Shown here one piece after another: positions 40,097-49,845 of a DNA stretch of 54,976 nucleotides. The notes under the pieces are model-generated. The model had not been told where the DNA came from and did no database searches. It saw nothing but the letters and a program-made list of their open reading frames with translations. Each line of letters starts with the position of its first letter. Position 1 is the stretch's first letter. This DNA is from Pseudomonadota bacterium (GTDB lineage: Bacteria > Myxococcota > JACRCW01 > JAFGSX01): positions 1 through 54,976 of the forward strand of contig JBDRCO010000005.1 of the NCBI GenBank assembly GCA_043821645.1, given 5' to 3'. A program made the position numbers and the translations under genes.

Positions 40097-42016
40097 GTGC
40101 GACGATCGGCACCTTCCTGTGTCACCTTCCTGATCTGCTCTGTGGTCGCACAGTCGGGTTGCGACTGCGGTGGCACTCCTATCGCAGATGCTTCCCGCAA
40201 CGACCTGGGCATCCTGCTCGATGCCGCGAGCAGTGACGTCCTGGTCAGCGACGCACCGGCCACAGACCGCGGCGGTGACGCGGCGACGTGGGTGGACAGC
40301 GCGGCACCCGGGGACGCCTCCATACCGGACCTGTCCGCGGCAGATCGTTCTGCGCCGGACGCGGCCAGCCCGGTGGATGGCCACGCAGGCCTTGACACCC
40401 CGGCACCAGATTCTGCCATCGCAGACGCAGGTAGCACGGACCTCGCTGCAGCGGATGTCACGGCCCGCGATGCAGCCCCCTCTTCCGACGCCACTTCAGA
40501 CGCCGGAACCTGTGCGACCTGCTGGCGCAGCGCGCTCTACCCCGGGGACTGGACCCCAGCCTTCACCGACAACGAGGGGCGCTTTCTGCACGATTTTTCA
40601 TACGCGGGCTATCGCAACGGCGAGCCGCCTCCCGACGTGAGCGGACCCGTGGTCGACGTGGTGGCAGATCACGGCGTGGATGCCACGGGACAGAGCGATG
40701 CCACGGCCGCCATCCAGGCCGCCATTGCCGCGGTGCAGGGCGCGGGCGGCGGCGTGGTGTGGTTCCCGACGGGGCTGTATCGCATCGACGGCACCCTGGA
40801 AGTCACATCCTCCAACGTGGTGCTGCGGGGTGCGGGTGCCGACGACAGCACACTGCACTTCACCCTCGCCGTGGGAATGAGCAACCGCGCCCACCTGACC
40901 CTGCGCGGCAACGTCCAGCAAGGCGCCGACCTGCTGCTGACCAGCGACGGCCAGAACCGGGGCTTCACCGTGCAGGTGGCAGACGCCAGCTCATTGGCGC
41001 CAGGTGACGACGTGAGCCTGGGCTGGGTGATCACGCCCGCGTTCATCAACGACCACGCCATGACCGGCACCTGGACCGCCTTCAACGGCACCTGGCGCCC
41101 CTTTTTCCGGCGCCAGGTGGTGGCGGTGGACACCAGCAGCACACCCCACGTCGTCACCCTGGACGTGCCCCTGCGCTACAACGCCCTGGTGCGCGACCAG
41201 GCCAGCCTGCGCCGGGAGACGGGCTACCTGCACGAGGTCGGCGTCGAGCACCTGGGCGTGAGCAACGCCGTGACCTGGGACGACGCCTGGACCAACACCC
41301 GCGTGCACGCCATCGACCTCAACGGCGTGGCCGACGGCTGGCTGCGCGACGTGCATTCTGTTGCCTCACCCGGCATCAGCGGCGGCTACCACCTGCAGAG
41401 CGGCGGCTTCTACCTGCTGCAGAGCAAGCGCATCACGGTGGACCACTGCCAGCTCGCCAGGGCGCAGAATCGCGGCGGCGGCGGCAACGGCTACCTGTTC
41501 GAGATCTCCAAATCCAGCGAGGTCCTCGTCGTCGACAGCACGGGCCTGGACGGCCGCCACAACTTCATCCAGAACTGGGACTTTGGCACCACGGGCTGCG
41601 TTTTTTTGCGCGTCAGCTCGAGCGGCTCGCGCACCTTTGGCGGCACCTGGGACCCCATCGGCCTGCCCGCCTACTGCGAGTACCACCACTCGCTGGCCAC
41701 GGCCAACCTCGTCGACAGCAGCTCGTTCGCTGACGGCTGGTACGGCGGCAATCGAGGCACAGAGAGCACGGGCGCCGGCCACACCGCGACCCAGAATGCC
41801 TACTGGAACAACGACGGCGCCGGCCGCATCCGCAGCTACGCCTTTGGCTGGGGCTACATCATCGGCCACGGTGGCCTCACCGTGGACAGCTCGCTGCTCT
41901 CGCTCAGCGGCGCCGGTACCTCGCCCGAGGACTGGATAGAGACCGCACCCGCGGGCAAGCAGCTGCAGCCCGCCTCTCTGTACGAGGATCAGCGTCGGCG
42001 TAGGCTCGGACACTGA
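40097..42016 (+). CDS. Secreted right-handed beta-helix (pectate-lyase superfamily) protein with D/A-rich linker
   Basis: Signal-like N-terminus with GCDC, low-complexity DA linker, DFSYAGY, DATAAIQAAI..GGVVWFPTGLY, SNVVLRGAG. Confidence 0.75.
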   Translation: MRRSAPSCVTFLICSVVAQSGCDCGGTPIADASRNDLGILLDAASSDVLVSDAPATDRGGDAATWVDSAAPGDASIPDLSAADRSAPDAASPVDGHAGLDTPAPDSAIADAGSTDLAAADVTARDAAPSSDATSDAGTCATCWRSALYPGDWTPAFTDNEGRFLHDFSYAGYRNGEPPPDVSGPVVDVVADHGVDATGQSDATAAIQAAIAAVQGAGGGVVWFPTGLYRIDGTLEVTSSNVVLRGAGADDSTLHFTLAVGMSNRAHLTLRGNVQQGADLLLTSDGQNRGFTVQVADASSLAPGDDVSLGWVITPAFINDHAMTGTWTAFNGTWRPFFRRQVVAVDTSSTPHVVTLDVPLRYNALVRDQASLRRETGYLHEVGVEHLGVSNAVTWDDAWTNTRVHAIDLNGVADGWLRDVHSVASPGISGGYHLQSGGFYLLQSKRITVDHCQLARAQNRGGGGNGYLFEISKSSEVLVVDSTGLDGRHNFIQNWDFGTTGCVFLRVSSSGSRTFGGTWDPIGLPAYCEYHHSLATANLVDSSSFADGWYGGNRGTESTGAGHTATQNAYWNNDGAGRIRSYAFGWGYIIGHGGLTVDSSLLSLSGAGTSPEDWIETAPAGKQLQPASLYEDQRRRRLGH

Positions 42017-42107
42017 TCCCGGGACCCGCGCCGGCAGCGCCTGCACCTGGCCATCCCATTCATGACGACGGAATCGCGCGAAGGACGAGGCGAGCCTGCC
42101 GCCCTGA

Positions 42108-43421
42108 TCACGGTGCCAGCCAGATGGGTGCCGAGGTCAACACGTCACCGTCGAGCTCGATGGCGCGGGCGATCATGTAGACGGGTTGCGACACCGGCAG
42201 GTCGAAGTCGCCGCTGCAGCTGAGCTGTCCGCCGCACGCAAAGGTCGCAAGCAGGGCCTGCATGGGGCCGTACAGCTCGATGCGATCGAAGCCGTCGTCC
42301 GCGTCCGCCGCCTCGGCATGAAGCTGCACCTCGCTCACCCCGGCAACGATGGAGCCCATCCAGCAGGTGTCTGCACGCAGGGCGATGGACGCGTTGGCGT
42401 CGCCGCTGGCGAAGCTCCGTCGCTGGCGCAAGGCCTGGGCCAGCTCGTCACGGGTCAAGGCCGCCAGGTATAGCCCTGTGCGGTGGGCGTTGGCAGTGCC
42501 CCAGTTGGCGCTGTGGTTGTCCTGGTTCCAAGTGGGCGCCACATGCCAGCCCTCCTCGAGCGCCTCGTTGAGCACGGCCCAGGCATCGGCACCGGTGTTG
42601 AACTCGAGCAGGTTCATCTTCTCGTCGACAGCCGCGTCGTAGGCAAAGTTGTTGAAGCTCTGCGAGGTGGCGTCGCGCGGGTGGTTGAACTGGGTGACGC
42701 AGGTGGCGCAGGCCTTGACCGAGTCGTAGTAGTCCGACAGCCGCAGCTGTATCGCCGGGAACAGATCGTCATTGAGGAACACGTTGGAGTGGCCGGCGGG
42801 TCCAATGATGGACAGGGCCGCGCCGTATTCGTAGCCGCACATCGCCAGGTAGCTGCCGTTGACGGTGACCGCGTCCGCCTCGCTGCGGCACTCGTCATAC
42901 TCCCCCGAGGGGTCGCCGGTGAGCCGGTACAGCTGCTCCACGTGATCGGTGGGCATGAAGAAGTCCAGACCGCCCTGATCGCGGGCGTAAGCAAAGGCCT
43001 CGGCATAGCTCCCCTCGCCGTCCGAGGCGCTGGTGTGGGCATGGATATTGCCCCAGTACGGGACGAAGTGTCCCTCGACGCAGCCGGTGACAGGACCGAG
43101 TGCAGCGTCGGCAGCGCTGGCGGCGTCGGGGCCCTGCGCCGCATCCTGGGTCTGCCCCTGATCGGCAGCGCCGCTGTCAGACCTCCCCTCGTCGGGTGCC
43201 GTGGCATCCGGTCGCGCGACATCGAGCTGCGCCGAATCAGGGACAGCAGCGTCCACCAGGGGCCCATTGTCCACGCTGCCGACGTCTGCGGGGCTGCTGG
43301 CGTCGGCGCTGGCATCCACGACCAGCACAGTGCTGTCCTTGCCGCCCAGCAGCACCTCGTTGTCGGGGCAGGCTCCCAGCAGACTGGACAGCCAGAGGAT
43401 GCAAACAGCTCTCGAATTCAT
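42108..43421 (-). CDS. Lipoprotein, PHP-like (CehA/McbA-type) metallohydrolase
   Basis: Lipobox LGAC. WGNIHAHTSASDG, TDH, GYE, GHSNV, FNHP, QDNH. Only the 3' part of ORF 42108..45587 is taken as coding. Confidence 0.8.
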   Translation of the reverse strand: MNSRAVCILWLSSLLGACPDNEVLLGGKDSTVLVVDASADASSPADVGSVDNGPLVDAAVPDSAQLDVARPDATAPDEGRSDSGAADQGQTQDAAQGPDAASAADAALGPVTGCVEGHFVPYWGNIHAHTSASDGEGSYAEAFAYARDQGGLDFFMPTDHVEQLYRLTGDPSGEYDECRSEADAVTVNGSYLAMCGYEYGAALSIIGPAGHSNVFLNDDLFPAIQLRLSDYYDSVKACATCVTQFNHPRDATSQSFNNFAYDAAVDEKMNLLEFNTGADAWAVLNEALEEGWHVAPTWNQDNHSANWGTANAHRTGLYLAALTRDELAQALRQRRSFASGDANASIALRADTCWMGSIVAGVSEVQLHAEAADADDGFDRIELYGPMQALLATFACGGQLSCSGDFDLPVSQPVYMIARAIELDGDVLTSAPIWLAP

Positions 43422-43724
43422 GCGCACCACCGCGATCTCGAACACAGGGATCCCACATTCATGGTCGCCACGGAGGAATTGGGGAAGTTCTTTTTCGCCC
43501 CGGCGCGCGTCCGTCATCGGGCTCGCACGCTGCGCGTCCATGAAAAATGGCCGTCCCCGGCAGCATACCGCAGCGCGGCAGATCCTCCCTGGTCTCGCGA
43601 CCCTGCGCGACAACGTGAAATTTCGCACAGTTAATTCTTGCGCGACTGCGCCATTGGTCTGGCATCCCTGATAAAGCAAAGCGGCGGTCGGGGTCCTCCC
43701 GGCAAGGCCAAGGAGGGAGACATC

Positions 43725-45311
43725 ATGCGTCGTTACGGAATGCTGGCGGTCGTGCTCGGGAGCTGGAGCTTGATGGGTGCGCTGTGCAACCTCACACCAG
43801 ATCAGCAGGAGAAGATCTGCGACCTCGGCCACGGCGTGATCTGCGATGGCCTGGACCGCACCGAGGTGGACCTGTGCGCAGGCACCAACACCAAGCTCGA
43901 GCGCTGCGAGCACGCGTGCAGCATGGGTGAGTGCGTGGCCTGCGCGCCCGAGGCCGGACTCACCTGCGACGGCAACACGGTGTACGAGATCGATAGCTGC
44001 GGAACCCTGGGCAGCCAGGTCGAGACCTGCACGGGGGGTTGCAGCCGGGGCGCCTGCATAGGCTCGAGCTGCAACGCCGGCGGCCAGCGCGTGTGCGTGG
44101 GCAACAACGTGTACCGGGCCGACTCCTGCGGCAACATCGAGGGCTTTGACCAGGCCTGCCCCCAGGGCTGCGAGAACGGCGCCTGCCTGGACTGCACGCC
44201 CAACAGCTACATCACCTGCTACGACGGCGACGTGTACAACCTGGACTCCTGCTTCGGGCTGGGCGAGAAGTCGCAGGACTGTGGCGCGGATCTGTGCCAG
44301 GCAACGGCCACCTCGGTGGCCTGCGCCTCGGGTCTGAACTGCACGCTCAATGACACCATCACCTGCTTCGACGACAACATGCACTGGGTCGACAGCTGTG
44401 GCAACGTGCAGACCGCCGTGCAGGAAGCGTGTGGCAGTGGCTGCGATCAGAGCGGCTGCCGCGCCTGCTCGCGGGTGCCGGTGGGTACCACCTGCGTCGG
44501 CAACGAGCGCCACGTGATGATGGGTGGCTGCTCCGGCCAGACCAACATCGTCGGCGATCTCCTCGAGACCTGCGCCCATGGCTGCTCGCGCGGCGCCTGT
44601 CTGCCCGAGGGCTGCAACCCGGTGGGCCGGGTGTGCCAGGGCGACAACGTGCACGTGCTGGACTCGTGCAACAACGTCGGCGCGAGCCTCGAGACCTGCC
44701 CGGACGTGTGCGAGAACGGCTTCTGCGCCCAGTCCTGCACTCCGAGAGCGAGCGCGGCCTGCGACAGCGCGCAGGGCGACCTGTACTGGTACGACTCCTG
44801 TGGCAACAAGGGCGACCTCAAACAGGACTGCGACATCGAGATGGGCTGTGACGTCGAGCTCAACGCCTGCTGGAGCAGCTCGTGCACGCCCAACGTCTAC
44901 ACCACCTGCGTCGACAACAACGTGTACTGGATGGACTCCTGCTACGTGACCGGCGAGCTCAAGGAAGTGTGCTCCGGTGGCAGCTGCGTCCAGGGCAGTG
45001 GCACGGCCTCGTGCAGCACCTCGACCGGCAAGACCTGCACCTGTACCTCGGGCTGCTCGCTGTACGACGGCAGCAGCTATCTGGGTGAGTGCGACGCCTG
45101 CATCGTCCCGCACTACGACGGCAGCTGCGACACCATGATCATGAGCGACTGCCAGAGCCTGTGCTCGCCCAGCTTCACCTGCAGCAGCAACATGCTGGTG
45201 TACCAGGGCTACATGACCCTGGGCTCGTGCAGCGACTGCTCGAGCTGCACCAGCCCGCCCTGCTCGACCTGCTACGATCCGTCGCTGTGCTCCGAGTACT
45301 GCGCGCCGTAA
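43725..45311 (+). CDS. Exported Cys-rich tandem-repeat protein (~9 six-Cys repeats)
   Basis: RBS AGGAGG, signal peptide, repeats of C-x7-C-x-(G/D)N-x-Y-xx-DSCG-x8-C-xx-GC-xx-GAC. Confidence 0.85.
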   Translation: MRRYGMLAVVLGSWSLMGALCNLTPDQQEKICDLGHGVICDGLDRTEVDLCAGTNTKLERCEHACSMGECVACAPEAGLTCDGNTVYEIDSCGTLGSQVETCTGGCSRGACIGSSCNAGGQRVCVGNNVYRADSCGNIEGFDQACPQGCENGACLDCTPNSYITCYDGDVYNLDSCFGLGEKSQDCGADLCQATATSVACASGLNCTLNDTITCFDDNMHWVDSCGNVQTAVQEACGSGCDQSGCRACSRVPVGTTCVGNERHVMMGGCSGQTNIVGDLLETCAHGCSRGACLPEGCNPVGRVCQGDNVHVLDSCNNVGASLETCPDVCENGFCAQSCTPRASAACDSAQGDLYWYDSCGNKGDLKQDCDIEMGCDVELNACWSSSCTPNVYTTCVDNNVYWMDSCYVTGELKEVCSGGSCVQGSGTASCSTSTGKTCTCTSGCSLYDGSSYLGECDACIVPHYDGSCDTMIMSDCQSLCSPSFTCSSNMLVYQGYMTLGSCSDCSSCTSPPCSTCYDPSLCSEYCAP

Positions 45312-45317
45312 TTTCTT

Positions 45318-45585
45318 AGGGGGCGGTCGGCCCGCCCCCTCTGCCGACGGAGTGAATCCGTCGGCATTCACCCCTGGCAGCGCTGACAAGGACACCTCGC
45401 TGCGCTGACGCTCGCTCGGTGACGTCGATGAATCGGGCGTCCAGCTTGGAGATTGGCGGTCGGCCCGCCCCCTCTGCCGACGTGCTGGTTGGGTGAATGG
45501 CGGCCGGACCTGCGCCGGCCGACAGAGGGGCTGCCCGACAGTCCCTCGAGAAATGCAGCATCCGTCGGCATTCACCCCTGGCAGC
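45318..45585. repeat. Cluster of REP-like hairpins and direct repeats
   Basis: 28-bp repeat at 45322 and 45455. 26-bp repeat at 45356 and 45560. Stems AGGGGGCGG/CCGCCCCCT and TGCCGACGGA/TCCGTCGGCA. Confidence 0.75.
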
Positions 45586-45614
45586 ATCGATATTTCCTAA
45601 CAGAGGGGAACAGA

Positions 45615-45750
45615 GGGGACTGGCACTTACTATTACATTTTTTTGTGCTGCAATAACAATTAATTATGTCATTAATTGTATAGTGTAAAAGTGAGGCATG
45701 GACGTAGAAATCCACTGCGCAAGAAATAGTAATGGTAAGTGCCAGTCCCC
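45615..45750. mobile_element. 136-bp AT-rich MITE/REPIN-like element, copy 1
   Basis: 22-bp terminal inverted repeats GGGGACTGGCACTTAC(T/C)ATTAC (21/22). Differs from copy 2 at two positions. Confidence 0.75.
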
Positions 45751-45943
45751 TGTTCCCAGTCCCCTGTTCCCCTGCTCTTGGGGGGTACTTGCTCTCACAC
45801 ATTGTTCTTCATTAGTTAGGAAATATGACCTGACATACAGGAGAGCCATTCGCCTCGGATTGTGACCTCAGCGAAGCCTTCCGGAAGTGGTCAGGGTACG
45901 GGCCTGTCCGCTCCCTCGAGGACCGAATGAATGCCACCGGGCT

Positions 45944-46489
45944 CTAGAAGTAATAGCGGATGCCTATGATGCCATGCCAGGCGAAGCCCAGGCCGGGGAG
46001 CACTGCCAGACCAGGGGCGACCTCGAGAAAGACATCCAGGGGCAGGTTGGTGATGTTCCAGCCCAACCCACCGGTGAAATGCAGGTCAGCCCACACCGGT
46101 ATGTTGGTATAGGGATGGCCGAAGCCATAGCCAAGACCACCCAGAAACCCCAGGCCGATGCCGCCGCCCACATAGGGGTAGAGAGAGCCCGCCTCACCCA
46201 GGGAGAAGTTGGCCACCGAGAGAACGTAGTCCAGGTGCGTACTCAGCCAGCCGTGGCCGCCGAAGCCAACGCCGAAGGACAGGCCCGAGGAGTCGGAGAG
46301 GTAGTACTTGCCGGTCAGCCCGGTGGGGCCACCCAGCGACAGGCCCAGACCCAGCGGGCCGCCAGAGCTGCGAGACCCGGCGCGCGGCAGGCCATTTCCG
46401 GGAGCCTTGTCTCCTTCGTTCTGGGCGAGAGCGCCGGTGGAGACCAGCAAGCCGGTCACCAGCAGCGAGAGGATCGTGTAGTTCTTCAT
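45944..46489 (-). CDS. Small outer-membrane beta-barrel protein (DUF3996-like)
   Basis: Signal peptide, GLGLSLGGPTGLTGKYYL, amphipathic strands, C-terminal GIRYYF. Confidence 0.8.
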   Translation of the reverse strand: MKNYTILSLLVTGLLVSTGALAQNEGDKAPGNGLPRAGSRSSGGPLGLGLSLGGPTGLTGKYYLSDSSGLSFGVGFGGHGWLSTHLDYVLSVANFSLGEAGSLYPYVGGGIGLGFLGGLGYGFGHPYTNIPVWADLHFTGGLGWNITNLPLDVFLEVAPGLAVLPGLGFAWHGIIGIRYYF

Positions 46490-46628
46490 GCGGGATTCCT
46501 TTTTTCCTGGGCTGCCCTGGGCAGCGTGCGACGAGGTGGGAGCGTGAGCCCGTAGCTATCCGGGCCGGTACAGAGAACGCAGAATGTTTTTTCCACCGGC
46601 TCGACATCGTTTGCAGCGAGCCATGGGA

Positions 46629-47408
46629 TCAATCGCGCCTGGCGACCTGGACAGTCATGTTGTTCTCCATGCTCGTCACACCACGAATGTCGTTGACGAG
46701 CTTGCTGACCAGGGCCTTCTCGGCCGCATTCTTAGCGGGCCCTGACACGGTCACCTTGCCGCTGCGGGTGTCGACCATGGTTTTCAACATGCTGGTCGAG
46801 CGATGGATCAACAGGGCGGCCCTGACCTGCGCGGTGATGGAAGCGTCATCGATCGTCTGCGCCGCAGTGCGGTCCACGGGGAGGTGCGTCGTGGCCACCT
46901 TCATGTTGTTCTTCAACCCGGTCACTCCGTCGACATCGCGGGCGTATTCACCGGTCAGCTCCTTCTGTGCCAGGCTCGACGCTTCGCCAGACAGGGTCAC
47001 CACCCCGCGCGACACCGCGACGTGGGCCGCTTCGGCGTCGACCTTGCGATGAAACGTGAGGACCAGCGCGACCTTTCGTCGCAGCTTCTCGTCAGCGGTG
47101 AGGGTGGCGACCTCGGCCTTGGTGAGCAGTCGATTGTCGACGCTGGTGACACCCGGCAGCCCTGCCGCCGTATCCTGGGCCAGGTCCTTGTGTGATTCCT
47201 CGCTCACGCTCCCCTTCAGGGTCACCACGCCGCTGCTGGACTCGATCTGGATCGCGTCGTCATTGAGATAGGTTGTGTAGACAAAGCTTTTTTTGAACGA
47301 GGACTCGATCCTGTCGTCATTCTGTGATGCCTGCAGCGGCGCGCTGGAGAGCATCATGGCGGCCGTGGCAGCCCCGACCGCGAATCCGGGCATGAGCTTC
47401 CTTTTCAT
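46629..47408 (-). CDS. Periplasmic triple-BON domain protein (OsmY-like)
   Basis: Signal peptide and three repeats (GVVTLKG..GVTSVDNRL; GVVTLSG..GVTGLKNNM; DDASITAQV..GKVTVSG..GVTSMENNM). Confidence 0.9.
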   Translation of the reverse strand: MKRKLMPGFAVGAATAAMMLSSAPLQASQNDDRIESSFKKSFVYTTYLNDDAIQIESSSGVVTLKGSVSEESHKDLAQDTAAGLPGVTSVDNRLLTKAEVATLTADEKLRRKVALVLTFHRKVDAEAAHVAVSRGVVTLSGEASSLAQKELTGEYARDVDGVTGLKNNMKVATTHLPVDRTAAQTIDDASITAQVRAALLIHRSTSMLKTMVDTRSGKVTVSGPAKNAAEKALVSKLVNDIRGVTSMENNMTVQVARRD

Positions 47409-47457
47409 TGTGTGACCTCTTCTTGGTTGTTGATGCCAGAGTGTATCGACGCCATGC

Positions 47458-47473
47458 AGCGGCTCATGCGCCA
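47458..47473 (-). promoter_or_regulatory. Possible sigma54 promoter (proximal, BON gene)
   Basis: Minus strand TGGCGCATGAGCCGCT (GG-N10-GC, weak -12). Confidence 0.45.
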
Positions 47474-47593
47474 GCTGTGACCGGACTACCTCTGGGCTCG
47501 AGAGCGCAACTCTACCCGTTCAGGTCGCTGGCTCCTGAAAGCGCGCATGACCAGGCTCAGGTCGGGGACCTGCAGCTCCGAGCGGAGTGATAT

Positions 47594-47609
47594 TGCAGCT
47601 TCCAGGCCA
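47594..47609 (-). promoter_or_regulatory. sigma54 promoter (distal, BON side)
   Basis: Minus strand TGGCCTGGAAGCTGCA, 14/16 identical to the 35856 promoter. Confidence 0.65.
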
Positions 47610-47826
47610 TGAGCGAGGTGCGAGCACATTCGAACATCGGCACCGTGGGCAGCTTTCGTCCGGCCGTCACACCGACGACGTGACGGCCGCCTCGCAACCG
47701 ACCTCGCTACTCGGCCCCACAGGCAGCTCGCGATCCACACACCTGACCCGTTGAGAGATGAGCACCTTGCTGCTCGGGGAGGTCGACGGGCAGGAGCCCT
47801 GTCGCGTTCCACGAGGCAGGCTCTCC

Positions 47827-47860
47827 AACCAGATTGATTGCGTGCCGCATCAGATCGATG
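47827..47860. promoter_or_regulatory. Tandem activator-binding palindromes (putative UAS)
   Basis: AACCAGATTGATT (47827) and CATCAGATCGATG (47848), 21 bp apart, between divergent genes. Confidence 0.6.
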
Positions 47861-48017
47861 GGTTCGTCGACCGGGCCGGGCCTCGTCGGCGAAGAGAGCA
47901 CTTCGCCACAGACCCATTCGCTTCAGCTCGATGCAGAGGCGCTTGCTCTTGCTGCAACGCACGTTGCGGAGGCAATGGTTGCGCTGCATCCAGCTGAAAC
48001 GAGGTGCCTGGGCGAGG

Positions 48018-48033
48018 TGGTCCGGAATGTGCT
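48018..48033 (+). promoter_or_regulatory. Possible sigma54 promoter of the ice-binding protein gene
   Basis: TGGTCCGGAATGTGCT (GG-N10-GC), ~90 bp upstream of the start. Confidence 0.5.
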
Positions 48034-48122
48034 TGGTCATGGCCGAGGGTCCGCCTGCCTCTGGCGAGCCGCACAGCCCGTAGCCCGTGCCACACAGAAC
48101 AAGAAGAACGAGGAGTGACAGC

Positions 48123-49538
48123 ATGATGAGGAAGATGCTCATACCGATGCGGGGCTGCGCCCTCCTGGCGCTGCTCTCGTTTGCCGCCTGCGGAGACTCC
48201 AGCAACAGCGGGGACACGACACCCCCGACGGTTCTCTCCAGCACGCCCATCGAGGGCGCCATTGGCGTGCCCGTGAATGCGACGGTCAGCGCCACCTTCA
48301 GCGAGGCCATGGACCCGCTGAGCATCACCACCGAGAGCCTGATCCTGAGAGCGGGGATGGCCTCCGTCGCGGGAACGGTGAGCTTCGCCCAGGACACCGC
48401 GAGGTTCACGCCTGGGTCGGCTCTTGCGCCGAACACTTCCTACAGCGCTTTGGTCACGACCGGGGCCCACGACCTGGCGAACAACGCCCTCGCGGCTGAG
48501 CACACGTGGAGCTTCACGACCGGTTCGACGACGGACACCACGGCACCCACGGTTCTCTCCACCATCCCCGCCAGCGGTGCCCAGAACGCGGCCCCTAACC
48601 GAAGCATCCGTGTAACGTTCTCCGAGGCGATGAACCCGAGCACGCTGACCGCGGACTCCTTCTCGGTCCTCGGACCCGGCGCCGCTCGTGTCGCCGGAAC
48701 CGTCACCTGTTCTGGCGCCCACGCGACCTTCAGCCCACTCGCAGGCCTCGCCCTCGACTCTCTGTACAGCGCTTCCATCACGACAGCGGTTGAGGATCTG
48801 GCCGGCAATCATCTGGCGGGTGCGTTCAGCTGGAGCTTCACGACAAGTGCGACACAGGCACGGGGGCCAGATCCTGTCCTGCTCGGCCGCGCCGGAGACT
48901 ACGCGATCCTGGCGAAGTCGGGAGTTGATACTGTTCCGACCTCCTCCATCACCGGCGATGTTGGTGTGAGTCCGATCGATTCGACCGCCCTCACAGGCTT
49001 TGCACTCACCTTGGACGCGAGCATTGAATTTGCGACCTCTGTTCAGGTCATCGGGCATTTGCGGGCGGCCGACTACTCGCCTCCAACTCCTGCGGGCCTG
49101 ACGACCGCCGTGAGCGACATGGAAACCGCATACACCGACGCGGCGGGACGGCCGACACCTGACTTCACCAATCTGGGCGCCGGAGAGGTTGGCGGACTGA
49201 CCCTTGCCCCCGGCCTGTACAAGTGGGGCACCGGTGTTGCGATGTCAGCGGATGTGACTCTTGACGGTGGTCCCAACGATGTCTGGATCTTCCAGATCGC
49301 AGGAGATGTGACCCAGGCCAGCGGTACCCGTGTGATCCTGAGCGGAGGAGCCTTGCCCGAAAACATCTTCTGGCAAACCTTTGGTCAGACCATGATAGGG
49401 ACGAACGCGCACCTCGAAGGAATCGTGCTGTGTAAAACCGCGATCATTCTTGGGACCGGCGCATCGGTGAACGGCAGGCTCCTGGCTCAAACCGCGGTCA
49501 CGCTCGATCAGAGCGTGGTTCGCCAACCTCCGATCTAG
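48123..49538 (+). CDS. Lipoprotein with two Ig-like (Big_5) domains and a C-terminal DUF3494 ice-binding-like domain
   Basis: Lipobox FAAC. Two DTT.PTVLS..TFSEAM.P..WSFTT repeats. AILAKSGV..ITGDVGVSP, AYTDAAGR, TLAPGLYKW, VWIFQIAG, NIFWQ, NGRLLAQTAVTL. Confidence 0.9.
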   Translation: MMRKMLIPMRGCALLALLSFAACGDSSNSGDTTPPTVLSSTPIEGAIGVPVNATVSATFSEAMDPLSITTESLILRAGMASVAGTVSFAQDTARFTPGSALAPNTSYSALVTTGAHDLANNALAAEHTWSFTTGSTTDTTAPTVLSTIPASGAQNAAPNRSIRVTFSEAMNPSTLTADSFSVLGPGAARVAGTVTCSGAHATFSPLAGLALDSLYSASITTAVEDLAGNHLAGAFSWSFTTSATQARGPDPVLLGRAGDYAILAKSGVDTVPTSSITGDVGVSPIDSTALTGFALTLDASIEFATSVQVIGHLRAADYSPPTPAGLTTAVSDMETAYTDAAGRPTPDFTNLGAGEVGGLTLAPGLYKWGTGVAMSADVTLDGGPNDVWIFQIAGDVTQASGTRVILSGGALPENIFWQTFGQTMIGTNAHLEGIVLCKTAIILGTGASVNGRLLAQTAVTLDQSVVRQPPI

Positions 49539-49845
49539 TCGTCCTTTCCACCGATCCCAAGCAACCGAAAAGGCATTCATTTTTAGCGGACAACCGCGCC
49601 GAGAAGCCCTGAAACCCACTGGGAATGTACTTCGTGCCAGATCCAGGGGAACCTTGCGGGGATTGAATGGTCATGCCGGCCGGAGGGGTGCGCCCGGCGC
49701 ATGGCCTCCCTGTCGCTGGCCTTCGCCAAAGCAACGTCACACCCAGGGCGACCCCGGTGGAGGTTGCCAGCCACCTGTCTCGAGGGAGGGGGTCTGGCAC
49801 TTACTATTACCATTCCTGGCAGCCGTGCTGACAGAGACTGACAGA

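Noticed and set aside
45318-45585. CRISPR array
   Set aside because: Only two copies of each unit, irregular spacing and no cas genes.
43422-45587. 1159-aa minus-strand ORF as one protein
   Set aside because: The upstream two-thirds is the antisense shadow of the Cys-rich gene. The real lipoprotein begins at 43421.
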